A stretch of 63,016 bases of DNA, counting the filler, from Lenisia limosa (taxonomy: Eukaryota; Protista; Breviatea), in assembly GCA_001655205.1 (NCBI GenBank). It is 9 parts of 9 records of this genome, joined end to end, with 100 filler letters (N's around TTAATTAATTAA, not from the genome) between each part and the next. Parts side by side here need not be neighbours in the genome. Positions count along the whole stretch, not along the records: positions 61,339 to 63,016 come from LPNZ01006366.1; 8 more parts are not named here. One strand, given 5' to 3'. Both the position numbers and the translations under genes were made by a program. The notes below the pieces were generated by a model. It searched no databases. It saw only the letters and a program-made list of their open reading frames with translations, and was not told the origin of the DNA. Below, piece after piece: positions 62,848-63,016 of this stretch; position 1 is the first letter of the stretch; each line of letters starts with the position of its first letter.

Positions 62848-63016
62848 GAAGAAGAAGAAGAAGAACAACACCAACAATAACAACAGGAATAAGAGAGGGC
62901 CCCAACCAACCCTGAGAATGGTCTCAAGCATCCACACGCGCCTGAAGCGGCCTAAAACGCGACGATCACTCTGGATCAATTTCCGCAGCAGAATGAAGTT
63001 CAGAATTCCGATCGTG
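62440..63016 (-). CDS. Exons of an unidentified gene (fragment)
   Basis: GC-richer segments on the minus strand read ILNFILLRKLIQSDRRVLGRFRRVWMLETILR and WAGLDAHHRHHKKKTDASGSESEGSSSESEE, separated by a microsatellite-containing intron. Confidence 0.35.
62786..62865. repeat. (CAA)n followed by (GAA)n microsatellite
   Basis: Directly visible; it produces spurious poly-T/V/L/C ORFs. Confidence 0.95.

Noticed and set aside
62711-62979. Poly-Thr/Val/Leu/Cys ORFs
   Set aside because: They are translations of the (CAA)n/(GAA)n microsatellite.
1-63016. Naming the source organism
   Set aside because: There is no rRNA or other diagnostic marker. Only 'intron-rich microbial eukaryote, standard code' is supportable.

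Overview
This is intron-rich eukaryotic (protist-like) genomic DNA in the standard genetic code. It is not one locus: eight artificial 100-nt spacers (44 N + TTAATTAATTAA + 44 N) join nine unrelated scaffold pieces (1-18721, 18822-45026, 45127-47628, 47729-49123, 49224-51546, 51647-54531, 54632-60014, 60115-61238, 61339-63016). Many smaller N gaps sit beside poly-G/poly-C tracts. By hand-splicing GT-AG introns I can support these genes: a giant cysteine-repeat (GCC2/GCC3, ephrin-receptor-like) single-pass membrane protein with a coiled-coil tail; a TmcB/TmcC-like membrane protein; a PHTF-like 7TM protein; a signal-peptide TlpA-type thioredoxin (CPPC) followed, probably in one fused reading frame, by a prokaryote-type CcdA/DsbD transmembrane electron transporter; fragments of PUS7 and TBCD; a complete PEP mutase with a mitochondrial-type presequence; ankyrin-repeat fragments; and several unidentified exon sets. 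The introns carry several dispersed repeat or MITE families, including a shared 3'-end module and G-run/C-run inverted termini that suggest introner-like elements. The most striking candidate for an undescribed system is the spliced thioredoxin-CcdA unit, a possible DsbD-like reductant conduit into the eukaryotic secretory lumen. All gene models are manual and no database searches were run.
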